64,000 bases of DNA from Nanobdellota archaeon (GTDB lineage: Archaea > Nanobdellota > Nanobdellia > Parvarchaeales > Parvarchaeaceae): NCBI GenBank assembly GCA_021818905.1, contig JAKASS010000003.1, forward strand, positions 10,445 through 74,444, given 5' to 3'. Position 1 is the stretch's first letter. Each line of letters begins with the position of its first letter. This document shows positions 18,938 through 28,468 of the stretch, in pieces. A program made the position numbers and the translations under genes. The notes under the pieces were generated by a model, which worked only from the letters and a program-made list of their open reading frames with translations, was not told where the DNA came from and did not search any database.

Positions 18938-19936
18938 ATGGAAGAAGTTGAATTAGTAATAATAGGAGCAGGACCTACGGGTCTTTTTGCGACGTTCTGT
19001 GCAGGATTAAGGGCGGTAAAAAGCGTGACGCTGGAAGGTCTGGAAACTTATGGCGGCCAGATGCACGAACTCTATCCAGAGAAGAAGGTGTATGACGTCC
19101 AGGGCGTACCAAAGGTCATATCTTACGAACTAGCAAAAAAAATGTATGAACAAGCTGCTATGTTCAATCCAAAAATAGTTTTCAATTCGGACGTAACCGA
19201 CATAATCCCGACAGAAGGCAACAGATTCATATTAGAAGTAAACGGCGAGCAAGCTTATACTGCAAGAGCCATATTGATATGTGCAGGGGTCGGATATTTT
19301 ACTCCGAACAAATTAAACGTAGAAGGCGAAGCTACTTACGCAGACAAAGGAGTTTATTACACGGTAAAATCGATAGCCGATTTTAAAGATGCCAGCGTCC
19401 TAATAGTCGGGGGGGGCGATTCGGCCTTTGATTATGCGCTGCAAATAGAACCTGTCGTCAAGAACGTGATAATCGCACAGCATAACGGTGTTCTAAAGGC
19501 TGCAGAGAGCAGCGTAGTTGCCGCCAAGAACAAGCCGAAAATAAGGGTGATGCTAAACACAGAAATAAAGGAAATCGTAGGTGACGGCAAAAAAGTAATC
19601 AAAGCCGACGCATTTGACAATGTCTCAAAAACCAATGACCGCCTTGATGTAGATTCCGTAATCGTAACCATAGGCCACAAGGCAAATCCGGACATATTCA
19701 AGTCTATTACATTTGAAAGCGTAAATGGGAGATACATAAAAGTCGACACAAACTATAAGACAAACGTAGACGGCATCTACGCCGCTGGAGACATAGCAAA
19801 CGTCAGCAACGAACCAAAATTCGCACTTCTGGCGGTGGGCGGTGCGGAAGCGTATGTCGCAATAAATAATATAAAAAAATATCTTTCGCCCCGGGCTTCT
19901 CTTACGGGGGGGCACAGCAGTAACCTTGAACTATGA
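18938..19936 (+). CDS. FAD-dependent pyridine nucleotide-disulfide oxidoreductase, thioredoxin-reductase-like but without a redox CxxC (FNR-type)
   Basis: Rossmann GxGxxG motifs IIGAGPTG and IVGGGDSAFD are present. No CAxC is present where TrxR carries it. Confidence 0.65.
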   Translation: MEEVELVIIGAGPTGLFATFCAGLRAVKSVTLEGLETYGGQMHELYPEKKVYDVQGVPKVISYELAKKMYEQAAMFNPKIVFNSDVTDIIPTEGNRFILEVNGEQAYTARAILICAGVGYFTPNKLNVEGEATYADKGVYYTVKSIADFKDASVLIVGGGDSAFDYALQIEPVVKNVIIAQHNGVLKAAESSVVAAKNKPKIRVMLNTEIKEIVGDGKKVIKADAFDNVSKTNDRLDVDSVIVTIGHKANPDIFKSITFESVNGRYIKVDTNYKTNVDGIYAAGDIANVSNEPKFALLAVGGAEAYVAINNIKKYLSPRASLTGGHSSNLEL

Positions 19937-20784
19937 GCTATCAGATTATAAATCAGAGCTGGATAAAAAGAGTCTACAAAAAACGGGACAACTGGTCACA
20001 TAAAGGAGACTTCGGAAAAATCCTGGTCTTTGGGGGCAGCCTTGAGTATACGGGTGCACCGGCGACAGTCGCTTTGGCCGCAGTTAGAGCAGGCGCCGAC
20101 GTGGCAAAAATATTCGCACCAAAAAGAGCGGCAGACATCGCTGCATCGTTTTCGCCGGAGATAATAGCCATACCTTTTGAGAAAGAATATTTTGATTCGG
20201 ACGCATTTTATGCTGCAAGAAAACTTTCCTCCTGGGCTAATGTAATCGAGATAGGAAACGGCATGGGGACCGGCAGCAACCAAGGAGATTTTGTCAACAT
20301 GGTGTTAAAAGACATAAAGAAAAGGTTAGTGGTAGACGCAGATGGGGTAAAATTAATGAACCGAAACCTTTTAGGCAGCGAAATTCTGATAACTCCCAAT
20401 ACATACGAGTTTAACGTCCTTTTTGGCACAAACCTTTCTACAAACGTAGATGAGCGAGCAAAGACTGTAAAAGAAAAGGCTAAAGAATATGGCACTAATA
20501 TTTTGCTAAAAGGACATGTAGACGTAATATCAGACGGCGACCAGATTTTTCTAAACAAAGTAAACAGCGTTTATATGACGAAGGGCGGCACCGGCGACAG
20601 CTTGTCTGGCATATGTGCTGGCTTAATCGGACAAGGCGCAAAAATAATAGACGCTGCATGCGCAGGGGCCTTCATAAATGGCTACACCGGGAAATATCTG
20701 GCCAGATTAAAAAGAGAATCTTTATCGTCACTTGATATAATCGATAACATCTATTCTACCATAACGAAATGGCGCTATCAATGA
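19933..20784 (+). CDS. nnr: ADP-dependent NAD(P)H-hydrate dehydratase (YjeF C-terminal-domain family)
   Basis: HKGDFGKILVFGGS..YTGAP and GTGD..SG motifs. Confidence 0.75.
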   Translation: MSYQIINQSWIKRVYKKRDNWSHKGDFGKILVFGGSLEYTGAPATVALAAVRAGADVAKIFAPKRAADIAASFSPEIIAIPFEKEYFDSDAFYAARKLSSWANVIEIGNGMGTGSNQGDFVNMVLKDIKKRLVVDADGVKLMNRNLLGSEILITPNTYEFNVLFGTNLSTNVDERAKTVKEKAKEYGTNILLKGHVDVISDGDQIFLNKVNSVYMTKGGTGDSLSGICAGLIGQGAKIIDAACAGAFINGYTGKYLARLKRESLSSLDIIDNIYSTITKWRYQ

Positions 20785-22292
20785 ACTTCAAATTTCTTCT
20801 TTAAAGTTTCAAAGTCGTTATCAAGACTATCTTTTATCAGAGAGTCCATATTTTTTGAGTCAAATCTAAACTGTGACATAGTGTCTCTGTCCCTCAAGGT
20901 AACTGTCCCATTCTCGATAGTCTTAAAGTCTACTGTGATTTCTATAGGTATTCCTATTTCATCCGCTTTGCGGTACATTTTCCCTATGCTCCCGGAGTGT
21001 AGGTAATACAAATCATCTTTGTAAACAGAAGTTTCTAGAAGTTTCTCCGCAAATCCTTCCAGTTCTTCCTTTGAAAGCAATGGAAAGACTGCAGCTTTGA
21101 ACGGCGCTATCCTGTTTCTTAACGCAAACCATGTTCTTTCGCCGTCTGATCTTATTGCTTTGTAAAGCGCGAGATAAAAAAGTCTATCGGTACCCGCGGA
21201 CATTTCGAATACATTTGGTATCTTACCGTCCACTTTTACTATGTCTCCGCCTAGTTTTGAATAAGAAGACAAGTCGTAATCTCCCCTGTGGTTGCAGGCG
21301 ATCATCTCTACCCAATCGCCGTCCTTCTTTACTTCTACATCAAAAGACTCTTTTGAGTAGAAGGCTTTATCCTCATAAAGTCTCCTGAATCTTACATCTT
21401 CATTCTTGAAACCTACAGTTCCCAAGAAGCTGGCGAGTACGGATATTCCATAAGCCGCTACATTTGTTTCTATCAGTCCTTTTTTGAGAGCTTCCGATAT
21501 TCTAATTTTATCGATGTCTGTATTCTTTTTATCAAATAGATGTATTTCGTTATCATCCAAAATCTTGAACTGGCTGTCATCTAAGAAGAATATCTCTATG
21601 TCATTTTGATAAAATTCCCTTTGTCTTATAAGATTGTTCCTCGGTGAAATTTCGTTCCTAAAAGCTTTACCGACTTGGGCAATAACAAAGGGGAGATGCT
21701 TCCCGTATAGCGAGAATAGCCTCCTGAAATCTAGGAATATTGATTGACATGCTTCAGGTCTTAGGTAAGCGTTAACGCCTTTTCCATCCGTATTTTGCAC
21801 ACCTACGTCCAGACCGAACATCGAACCGAATTTTTGGATCTTTGTAAGTTGACCGCCGCATTTTTCGCAGGTTATCCCGTAAGTCTTTATCCAACTGAGA
21901 TAATCCTCGTCGCTTAGACCCTCATAGTTCCTGCCGGGGTCAACTTCTTCCAGTAGTTTATCTACCCTATAAATAGAATTGCACTGCGAACATACCACTG
22001 CTACATCAAAAAAATTAGTTTCGTGACCAGAAGCCTGTAAAACTATCCTCGGCAGTATAACGCCCCCGGAGATCTCTACCGCGCCAATCCTATGTAGGAC
22101 ATTCCGCCATTCTTTTAGAAGGTTATTGAATATCGCTAAGCCTATCGGGCCGTAGTCCCATACTCCGCCGAGTGAATTACCAAACGCCTCCGCTGATGGG
22201 AAGAACATACCCCGTGATAAGGCTATCTTTACGAGCTCGTCGTCTTGATTGCTCTTTACAGGTGTTGTATTTTTATTTGGCTGTTCTGACAT
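20778..22292 (-). CDS. glyS: Glycyl-tRNA synthetase, archaeal/eukaryotic class II type
   Basis: 504 aa with class II aaRS motifs and an anticodon-binding domain. N-terminal FFPSAEAFGNSLGGVWDYGP. Confidence 0.85.
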   Translation of the reverse strand: MSEQPNKNTTPVKSNQDDELVKIALSRGMFFPSAEAFGNSLGGVWDYGPIGLAIFNNLLKEWRNVLHRIGAVEISGGVILPRIVLQASGHETNFFDVAVVCSQCNSIYRVDKLLEEVDPGRNYEGLSDEDYLSWIKTYGITCEKCGGQLTKIQKFGSMFGLDVGVQNTDGKGVNAYLRPEACQSIFLDFRRLFSLYGKHLPFVIAQVGKAFRNEISPRNNLIRQREFYQNDIEIFFLDDSQFKILDDNEIHLFDKKNTDIDKIRISEALKKGLIETNVAAYGISVLASFLGTVGFKNEDVRFRRLYEDKAFYSKESFDVEVKKDGDWVEMIACNHRGDYDLSSYSKLGGDIVKVDGKIPNVFEMSAGTDRLFYLALYKAIRSDGERTWFALRNRIAPFKAAVFPLLSKEELEGFAEKLLETSVYKDDLYYLHSGSIGKMYRKADEIGIPIEITVDFKTIENGTVTLRDRDTMSQFRFDSKNMDSLIKDSLDNDFETLKKKFEVH

Positions 22293-22851
22293 AATCTATA
22301 ATGAAATTTATGCCTTATTAATATTTCTTTGCTATCTGGCCAGTTAAAAGATATTTTAATCATGCTCTAAGCTCCAGATATTTTTTCTATATTTTTATAG
22401 CAGATATTCTTTGAATTAGATTGGTAATATGTTCGTTTCAGATAATAGTTTAACTTCTGGTTTTGTTTTGCATAAAATGAACTCTCCTTTGTATGATGTA
22501 TTATCGTTATACTCTGGACCAGATCTTTTTTTGAAAGAATATTTCTCTACATCACAAAGATAAAACTCTTGTATTATCATAGTACCATTCTTCTCTTCTG
22601 ATAACTCGAATAATTTTTTCTTTATTTTAACTAAGGATGCTCCAATCTCTTCTTTTAATTCACTCTTTAATGCAGCTAGTGGGTTACTATCTGTAGACTC
22701 TATTCCCCGCCCGGAGCAACAAAATATGGCGGGGTATTTCGTTTAACTCGCTTTATTAGAAGCAACTTACCTTTGTTAAATGCCAGTGCCCTTACGCGCA
22801 TATTCACCATAAAGTTCGCTGCTATGTAGATTATCTGGATCTTACTTCTAA

Positions 22852-24771
22852 CTATTTCTTATTTCTTCTGCGTCTTTGTTTAGTATTATTCTTACGTTTT
22901 CTAGACCTTGGTCCATTATTAATGAGCTTAGCCAAAGCATTCTTTCTGACCAATCTGAAGAGCCTATATTCGTATAGAAGCCCGCTTACGAGTACGCCTA
23001 TCGCAAAGCCCAATACTGCGTATCCGAAAATTTCCCAGTCGACGTTCGTCGGTGCCGGTACTGATATCGGCTGCAAAACCGGGGTGAATGGCAAAGAAGA
23101 AGCGTTGACTAGACCTGCTTCAAAATTTGTATAAGTCATTGATAATGCTTCAAAATCCAAATAATATGTCAAAGAAGTGTTTTCAAAGCTATTACCATAT
23201 TGGTAATAGCTTAGTCCTAGAAATGGCGTTATCCCTGCTTTTTCCGCTTCGTCTATCGCTCTCAAAGCGGATAGAGATATTTGATTTTCTACCACTGAAA
23301 CCGACCCGTTTATGCTTATGCTATTTTCCTCGATCAATTGGTCTGCGGTTGCGATAGTGCCGAGAGAATTAAATATGGACGCAATGAAATGTCCTTCGCC
23401 CTGATAGTTTTCCGCTGCGCCGAAGGATGACTTCATTCCGTTCACTTGGGCCGGATTATTGACGCCCAATAGCTCTGCGTAATTTATGAACGATGATGCC
23501 CTATAAATATAGTAGTTGCTTAGATTTGCATAATACGCTTCCGAGAAGTTAGAGCTTCCGGTCGGCAAACTGCCTACCCAGAATAAAGACGAGGCTCTTT
23601 TCACCTCTGCAAAAGAATAATTGATTGCTGACGAAAACAAATCTGAATCTAAAGTCGACTCCGACGAATTAAGATAAGAGGAAGCTTCAGCCAGACGGTC
23701 TATGGCAATCAGCTTAAGGTCTATGGTAGAAGAATTTGTAAGATGATCTTGAGTCACTTCGCCGTAAGTATTTTGTATGGAAGTATTCTCAGATGATATT
23801 AGACCGGCCATAAATTGCGAAGGGTCTGCGGAAGTGCCTAATTGCTCCAAAGTTTTAGCTACCAATAAGTAACTCGCGGATTCTACCATCTCGCTTGCTG
23901 CAACGTAGTAATCCCCGCTAGCCGCATATGCCGATTCATTTTGTATCAATATATCCGCTTGCCGTATAAAGGACTCTACTGTCGAATTTGTACTCGTCTT
24001 CTCCGGCAAAGAAGAATAAATCGATTGCTGATAAGCATTAAACTCCTGGTATGTAGATTTCATAACGAGATTGTATAAGCTTGTATATATGTCTGAATTC
24101 GCCGCCGGCGTTATGTTATATCCCGTGAAGTATTGGTATGCCTGATAAACAGAACTTATAGGCACCGCGACCATGCCTAAGCTTTCATCGTAAGCCAGCG
24201 CTGCAGGAGTCATGTTATCGGGGCTTGGTTCGTCTGATGGATACAAAAATATTTTCATTCCCTGGGCCGCTGCTGCTTCACTTTTTGTAGCTACATCGCC
24301 GACTATCCCCATGCTTCCATCAGGATTTGCAGTTCCGGTCATAGCTATTTTGGGATTCAGCGGTTTTCCTGTCAGAACGGCCATAGCCGCTATCGCAAAG
24401 GCGGCTCCTGCACTTGGGCCGCTGACCTCAGATGAAGATGAGGTTATGTAAAAGTAAAAGTTGTAGTGGTTGCAGTTAACGTTCACAAGCCGACACGCCA
24501 CCAAAGTAGAAAGCGTCGCTTGTGCCTGTGTGCCTGTCCCTGTCAGAGGCGTCGATCCTAGAAAAACTTGCCCGGTCCCATTAGTAACTTTCAGTGATAA
24601 GATCGCTGGCACGCCGACGGTGGTACCGTTTGATAAAGTCGAAACGCCGAATATGTACAGGCTGGCATTGCCTAGCTGGTCTACCTGTTGTAATGGCGAG
24701 GCATGTACTAGTGCAAACGCGGACAAAAAAATCAGTGCAACTAAAGGAATCAATGACCAGATTAATTTCAT
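22852..24771 (-). CDS. Secreted, membrane-anchored Lon-protease S16-domain protein (no AAA+ module)
   Basis: A signal peptide is followed by the Lon proteolytic motifs GPSAG (Ser) ... AMTG ... GIVGDVATK (Lys). The C-terminus has a TM helix and the basic tail RSRKRKNNTKQRRRRNKK. Asn/Ser/Thr-rich. Confidence 0.65.
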   Translation of the reverse strand: MKLIWSLIPLVALIFLSAFALVHASPLQQVDQLGNASLYIFGVSTLSNGTTVGVPAILSLKVTNGTGQVFLGSTPLTGTGTQAQATLSTLVACRLVNVNCNHYNFYFYITSSSSEVSGPSAGAAFAIAAMAVLTGKPLNPKIAMTGTANPDGSMGIVGDVATKSEAAAAQGMKIFLYPSDEPSPDNMTPAALAYDESLGMVAVPISSVYQAYQYFTGYNITPAANSDIYTSLYNLVMKSTYQEFNAYQQSIYSSLPEKTSTNSTVESFIRQADILIQNESAYAASGDYYVAASEMVESASYLLVAKTLEQLGTSADPSQFMAGLISSENTSIQNTYGEVTQDHLTNSSTIDLKLIAIDRLAEASSYLNSSESTLDSDLFSSAINYSFAEVKRASSLFWVGSLPTGSSNFSEAYYANLSNYYIYRASSFINYAELLGVNNPAQVNGMKSSFGAAENYQGEGHFIASIFNSLGTIATADQLIEENSISINGSVSVVENQISLSALRAIDEAEKAGITPFLGLSYYQYGNSFENTSLTYYLDFEALSMTYTNFEAGLVNASSLPFTPVLQPISVPAPTNVDWEIFGYAVLGFAIGVLVSGLLYEYRLFRLVRKNALAKLINNGPRSRKRKNNTKQRRRRNKK

Positions 24772-24805
24772 AAAACTGATAGTCGCGGGAAACTTATAAG
24801 CATTT

Positions 24806-25087
24806 CTACTCGAAATCCTTCGATTCGAGCTTCTTCCTGAAAGATTCGAGCGCTTCTATGAGGAGAGGTAACTCGTCAAAACTCAGGGATAGGCTAGTTT
24901 TTATCCTTTCTTCCGGCTTTCCAGATTGCATAGAGACATAGCCTTTCTTCAGGCTTATGAACGTTATTTCTTTTTCGCCTTCTTTGCCGCGGGTAAGGTT
25001 TATCTTTATGAAGTTATTTGAGCCTTCCCTCGTTATTTTTTCTGTAGGTTCTGCCAGATCCTTGAATTCCATAAAAGAAAAATGCAC
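24806..25087 (-). CDS. Hypothetical protein
   Basis: 93-aa ORF with no recognizable motif. Confidence 0.35.
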   Translation of the reverse strand: MHFSFMEFKDLAEPTEKITREGSNNFIKINLTRGKEGEKEITFISLKKGYVSMQSGKPEERIKTSLSLSFDELPLLIEALESFRKKLESKDFE

Positions 25088-25103
25088 GCGGAGCTTAAAT
25101 AAT

Positions 25104-25925
25104 TTACTTCTTTTCTAATACGGCTTTAGCTCTTTCTACGTCTTCTCTCGCCCTTACGTGGATCCAATTACCATTATATAGATAACCATATAGCAGCCCA
25201 TCTTTCGCTAAAAGCGGTAACAGATCCCTCTTTATGTCCCATTCCATCTCGCCGGGCGGTATATATTTGAACATTTCATGGTCAAAAATGAACGCAGAAG
25301 TCGGCAAAAGTTTTGAATGAAACGGCATCTGTGATCTTTCATACAAGACGACCCGATTGCCTTTCACTACTAATCTATCTTTTACCTCTTCAGAAGACGA
25401 AGTCGATATCGCCATCGAAGCTACGCTGTTATGCGCTGTGTGGAACCTTAGCATGTCTTTTAGGTCTATATCAAATACAACGTCTCCCGGCACGAAAAGG
25501 GTCGTTGAACCGACATACTGTTTTATCCTTTCCAGGGCCTTTGCACTACCTCTGAGGTTATTATCATCGATGTATTTTATGTCAACACCGTAGCCTTCAC
25601 CGTTTCTTAACAGCCTGAACACGCTTTTTAGAAGCTCGGTCTGGCCCGATATAAAAACATTCCTGAATCCGTTAAGCCTTAGTATGCTTAAAGTATTTTC
25701 TATTATGGTCTGATTCCCAACTTTTAATAGCGGCCTGTATATATCTGTGCCTTCAACTGTAAAATTGCCGCCGCAGAGAATTATCGCGGTATGTTGTCGC
25801 TCAAAGAATTTTCTCAATATGTCTTCTACCGCTTCGCTTTTTGATTTGTAATTTATGTTGTCGACTACCGAATCCAGCTTGGAAAGAACGTCTCCGTCTA
25901 TCGTAAACGATGCCCTAGATTTCAT
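25104..25925 (-). CDS. Sugar-phosphate nucleotidyltransferase fused to an N-terminal ribbon-helix-helix domain
   Basis: The N-terminus is CopG/RHH-like (ASFTIDGDVLSKLDSVV). It is followed by IILCGG....L.VGNQTIIE and GYLYNGNWIHVRAREDVE, which resembles the GlmU/RmlA N-terminal domain. Confidence 0.55.
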   Translation of the reverse strand: MKSRASFTIDGDVLSKLDSVVDNINYKSKSEAVEDILRKFFERQHTAIILCGGNFTVEGTDIYRPLLKVGNQTIIENTLSILRLNGFRNVFISGQTELLKSVFRLLRNGEGYGVDIKYIDDNNLRGSAKALERIKQYVGSTTLFVPGDVVFDIDLKDMLRFHTAHNSVASMAISTSSSEEVKDRLVVKGNRVVLYERSQMPFHSKLLPTSAFIFDHEMFKYIPPGEMEWDIKRDLLPLLAKDGLLYGYLYNGNWIHVRAREDVERAKAVLEKK

Positions 25926-26292
25926 ATTACAGTATTACTTTGGCGGACGAAATATTTAAACCAATACTTGCTATCTAAAGCGGATCTAAGTAAAGTTAAA
26001 AATCACCTAAACGGGTCATAGTGAAATAATCACGCGTGGCAATCTAGTTTGCAGTCTAAAAATCTAATAATGGAATAATAAAAACGTAAATAGCCGGGTA
26101 TTCGTATAAGACATGGGAAAGGATTCTATAACTTATACTATCGAACTTAATACACAAAAAATTTGGGGTTGGCATTTCGCAAAAAGCCGTATTCTCGATT
26201 GATCGGCAATTCGAAAAGTTGCCCAAGCGAAAGCCGATTATGAGCCTACATTTAATGTTTCACAAGAGCGAAATCCAAAGACGGCCCAAAGA

Positions 26293-26580
26293 ATGCTGGG
26301 AGCAATCTTAACTGATTCTGCAAGTATACCCAGCACGATAGGGGCCGTTATGACATATCTTACACAGTCCGTTCCAATTGGTGTGATATGCGGTGCGACG
26401 GCGTCTTTAGGGGTTTTGTTTTTTAATGGGGGCGGTGTTATAAACACTCTTGAAAAATATAACAAGGATTACATACGCGAGTGGGTGGCATATTACCAAC
26501 GGGTAAACATAAAAGTAAAGGCTAAAACGGCGATAGCAACTATAACAATTCCCTGGGGGCGAATTAAAAACGACAACTAG
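26293..26580 (+). CDS. Possible small membrane protein (uncertain; it overlaps an antisense ORF)
   Basis: 95 aa and hydrophobic. It lies in a 680-bp intergenic gap, and the reading strand is uncertain. Confidence 0.2.
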   Translation: MLGAILTDSASIPSTIGAVMTYLTQSVPIGVICGATASLGVLFFNGGGVINTLEKYNKDYIREWVAYYQRVNIKVKAKTAIATITIPWGRIKNDN

Positions 26581-26604
26581 AAGAATAAACCAAATTTATT
26601 TAGT

Positions 26605-26910
26605 TTACTCTAAACGCTTGATTATATGATATCCAAACTGCGTTTTTACTATGGGAGAAACTTCTCCCTTATTCAATGCGAACGCTGCCCTCTCAAATTC
26701 TTTTACCATCATCCCTCGACCGAAAAACCCTAGGTCCCCGCCGTGCTTGCTGGACCCGTCTATAGAATATTTTTCGGCGAGCGACGAAAAGCTTTTTCCC
26801 TCCTTTAAAAGACTCATTACTTCTTCAGCCGTTGCCTGGTTTTTTACAAGGATATGCGCGCATCTTATTTTATCTACCATAAGAATTATTGGTTTCCGAT
26901 TATTTAACAA
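26605..26910 (-). CDS. Parvulin-type peptidyl-prolyl cis-trans isomerase
   Basis: 101-aa single-domain Par10-like protein with CAHILV...GGDLGFF...FGYHIIK. Confidence 0.8.
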   Translation of the reverse strand: MLNNRKPIILMVDKIRCAHILVKNQATAEEVMSLLKEGKSFSSLAEKYSIDGSSKHGGDLGFFGRGMMVKEFERAAFALNKGEVSPIVKTQFGYHIIKRLE

Positions 26911-26957
26911 TTAACTTCTAATAAACTATTAATACTGGCTGGAGTCAATTATCTCAA

Positions 26958-27830
26958 ATGAAGCCGCCATCCCAAAGCAATCTGGATAACATAGTCGATA
27001 GTATATACAGAGATAACAGGCCAGAGGTGTCGATAAAATTAAAAGACAACGGCGCAGGTCTCCCTATAGCTTACAACCCTTTCACGAATGCGATTGAAGT
27101 AAGTCCTTCTGTCGTAAGCGCAATCGAAACTGGGCGGGAGAAAGGTAGTCTTCATGCTATATTGCACCTATCCCGGGGCGTAAGGACTTTGATGAATCAC
27201 GAGATAGGACATTATTATCAGGCTCAGACTATAGCAGAATTAATAAAAGACGAACTCGTCCTTAGAGGGAAGTACACGCCAAAAAGAGCCGAGATACTTT
27301 CTAAATTGGGTAAGGGGGACATAAGCGATTATTTGAGATTGCGCCACTTTTTTACGATTTATCCTATCGGTAAGGCATTCCAAAAAGTGTTTGAAAAATA
27401 TATGGATGGGGCAGAGGCAGGAGCTACTTTATACGCATTGAGTCTGAGTAAAAATCCTACGAACGATTATGCATCATCAATAGGCTTAACGGTCGCATAC
27501 CTTGCAATGAAAGGCGGCAAAAAAATGAAGATCCCTGTAAAAGCCTCTGACAACGACATGTCGTCACCTCTAAGCGCATACAGAATAGAATATAAGAACT
27601 GGGCGGAGGCATCCTTAGACGAACGCATAGATTTCCTAGTAGGCCAACTACTTAGGCATCACGGCTCTGACCGTTTTGGCGATGCAAAATTCATTGAAGA
27701 AGCTTCGAAGTTATACTACGGCAAAAAGAAAGATTTTAGCGATGTGGATGTAGATGAAGCCGTAAAGAACGGGAAGCTAGCTGCGAGAAGATTGATAAAA
27801 GAAATGAATTCTTTGGGAATAAAATTCTGA
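26958..27830 (+). CDS. HExxH-motif protein (putative zincin-like metallopeptidase fold)
   Basis: 290 aa with a single HEIGH motif (LMNHEIGHYYQ). It is 10 nt upstream of the ART-like gene on the same strand. Confidence 0.4.
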   Translation: MKPPSQSNLDNIVDSIYRDNRPEVSIKLKDNGAGLPIAYNPFTNAIEVSPSVVSAIETGREKGSLHAILHLSRGVRTLMNHEIGHYYQAQTIAELIKDELVLRGKYTPKRAEILSKLGKGDISDYLRLRHFFTIYPIGKAFQKVFEKYMDGAEAGATLYALSLSKNPTNDYASSIGLTVAYLAMKGGKKMKIPVKASDNDMSSPLSAYRIEYKNWAEASLDERIDFLVGQLLRHHGSDRFGDAKFIEEASKLYYGKKKDFSDVDVDEAVKNGKLAARRLIKEMNSLGIKF

Positions 27831-27840
27831 TTAATAAGAT

Positions 27841-28419
27841 ATGGCGGAAACTAAGCTTAACCAAATAATAGAAATAGAAAAAGGAGAAGAGCTATATCAC
27901 GGTTCTAATGTAAAAAACATCGAGCATTTTTTGCACTCTGAATATGGCTCACTTGGGACTGGTTTCTATATCACAAGAAGCCTTGATAAGGCGAAATACT
28001 ACGCAAAAAAGAAAGCAAAAAATCGTGGCGGGGAACCCGTAGTCTACGCAGCCGAGTCGTCCGGGGCGAAATTCTTTAATCTGGCTTATACTGACGGCAA
28101 AGAAATACTGGTGCATTTTGGTGGATATCTTTTGGAACGCTCAAAAATCGGGCGTGAAAACTGCCGGTCATTGGATAGACGCTACGATGCCGTAATCGTC
28201 GGCGATGAGGTAAATGCTCTATGCGAGTCCCTCGGGAAAGAGATGGTGCAAAATCCATCGAGTTTTCTTATGCTTCTGCCGACATTGACAGATTTCGGAG
28301 AATATAATTTAGCGCTAATCGATTTCTTAAAGAATCGCGGATATGACGGTATGACTCTAGACGAGGATTATGTGCTATTCGATCCCTCTGATTTTAAGCA
28401 CGCACACATTATCAATTGA
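27841..28419 (+). CDS. Putative PARP-like (H-Y-E clade) ADP-ribosyltransferase-fold protein
   Basis: ELYHGSN resembles PARP WHGS. GTGFYITRSLDKAKYYA resembles PARP GKGIYFADMVSKSANY. DEDYVLFD is a candidate catalytic Glu. 192 aa. Confidence 0.35.
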   Translation: MAETKLNQIIEIEKGEELYHGSNVKNIEHFLHSEYGSLGTGFYITRSLDKAKYYAKKKAKNRGGEPVVYAAESSGAKFFNLAYTDGKEILVHFGGYLLERSKIGRENCRSLDRRYDAVIVGDEVNALCESLGKEMVQNPSSFLMLLPTLTDFGEYNLALIDFLKNRGYDGMTLDEDYVLFDPSDFKHAHIIN

Positions 28420-28468
28420 ACGTCTGCGGCAACAAAAAGCTTTTATACTATGTCAATTATATAAATAA

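Noticed and set aside
26238-26465. 75-aa minus-strand ORF in the 26.0-26.6 kb gap
   Set aside because: It overlaps the slightly more protein-like plus-strand ORF. Neither has supporting evidence, and only the plus-strand ORF was listed, at low confidence.
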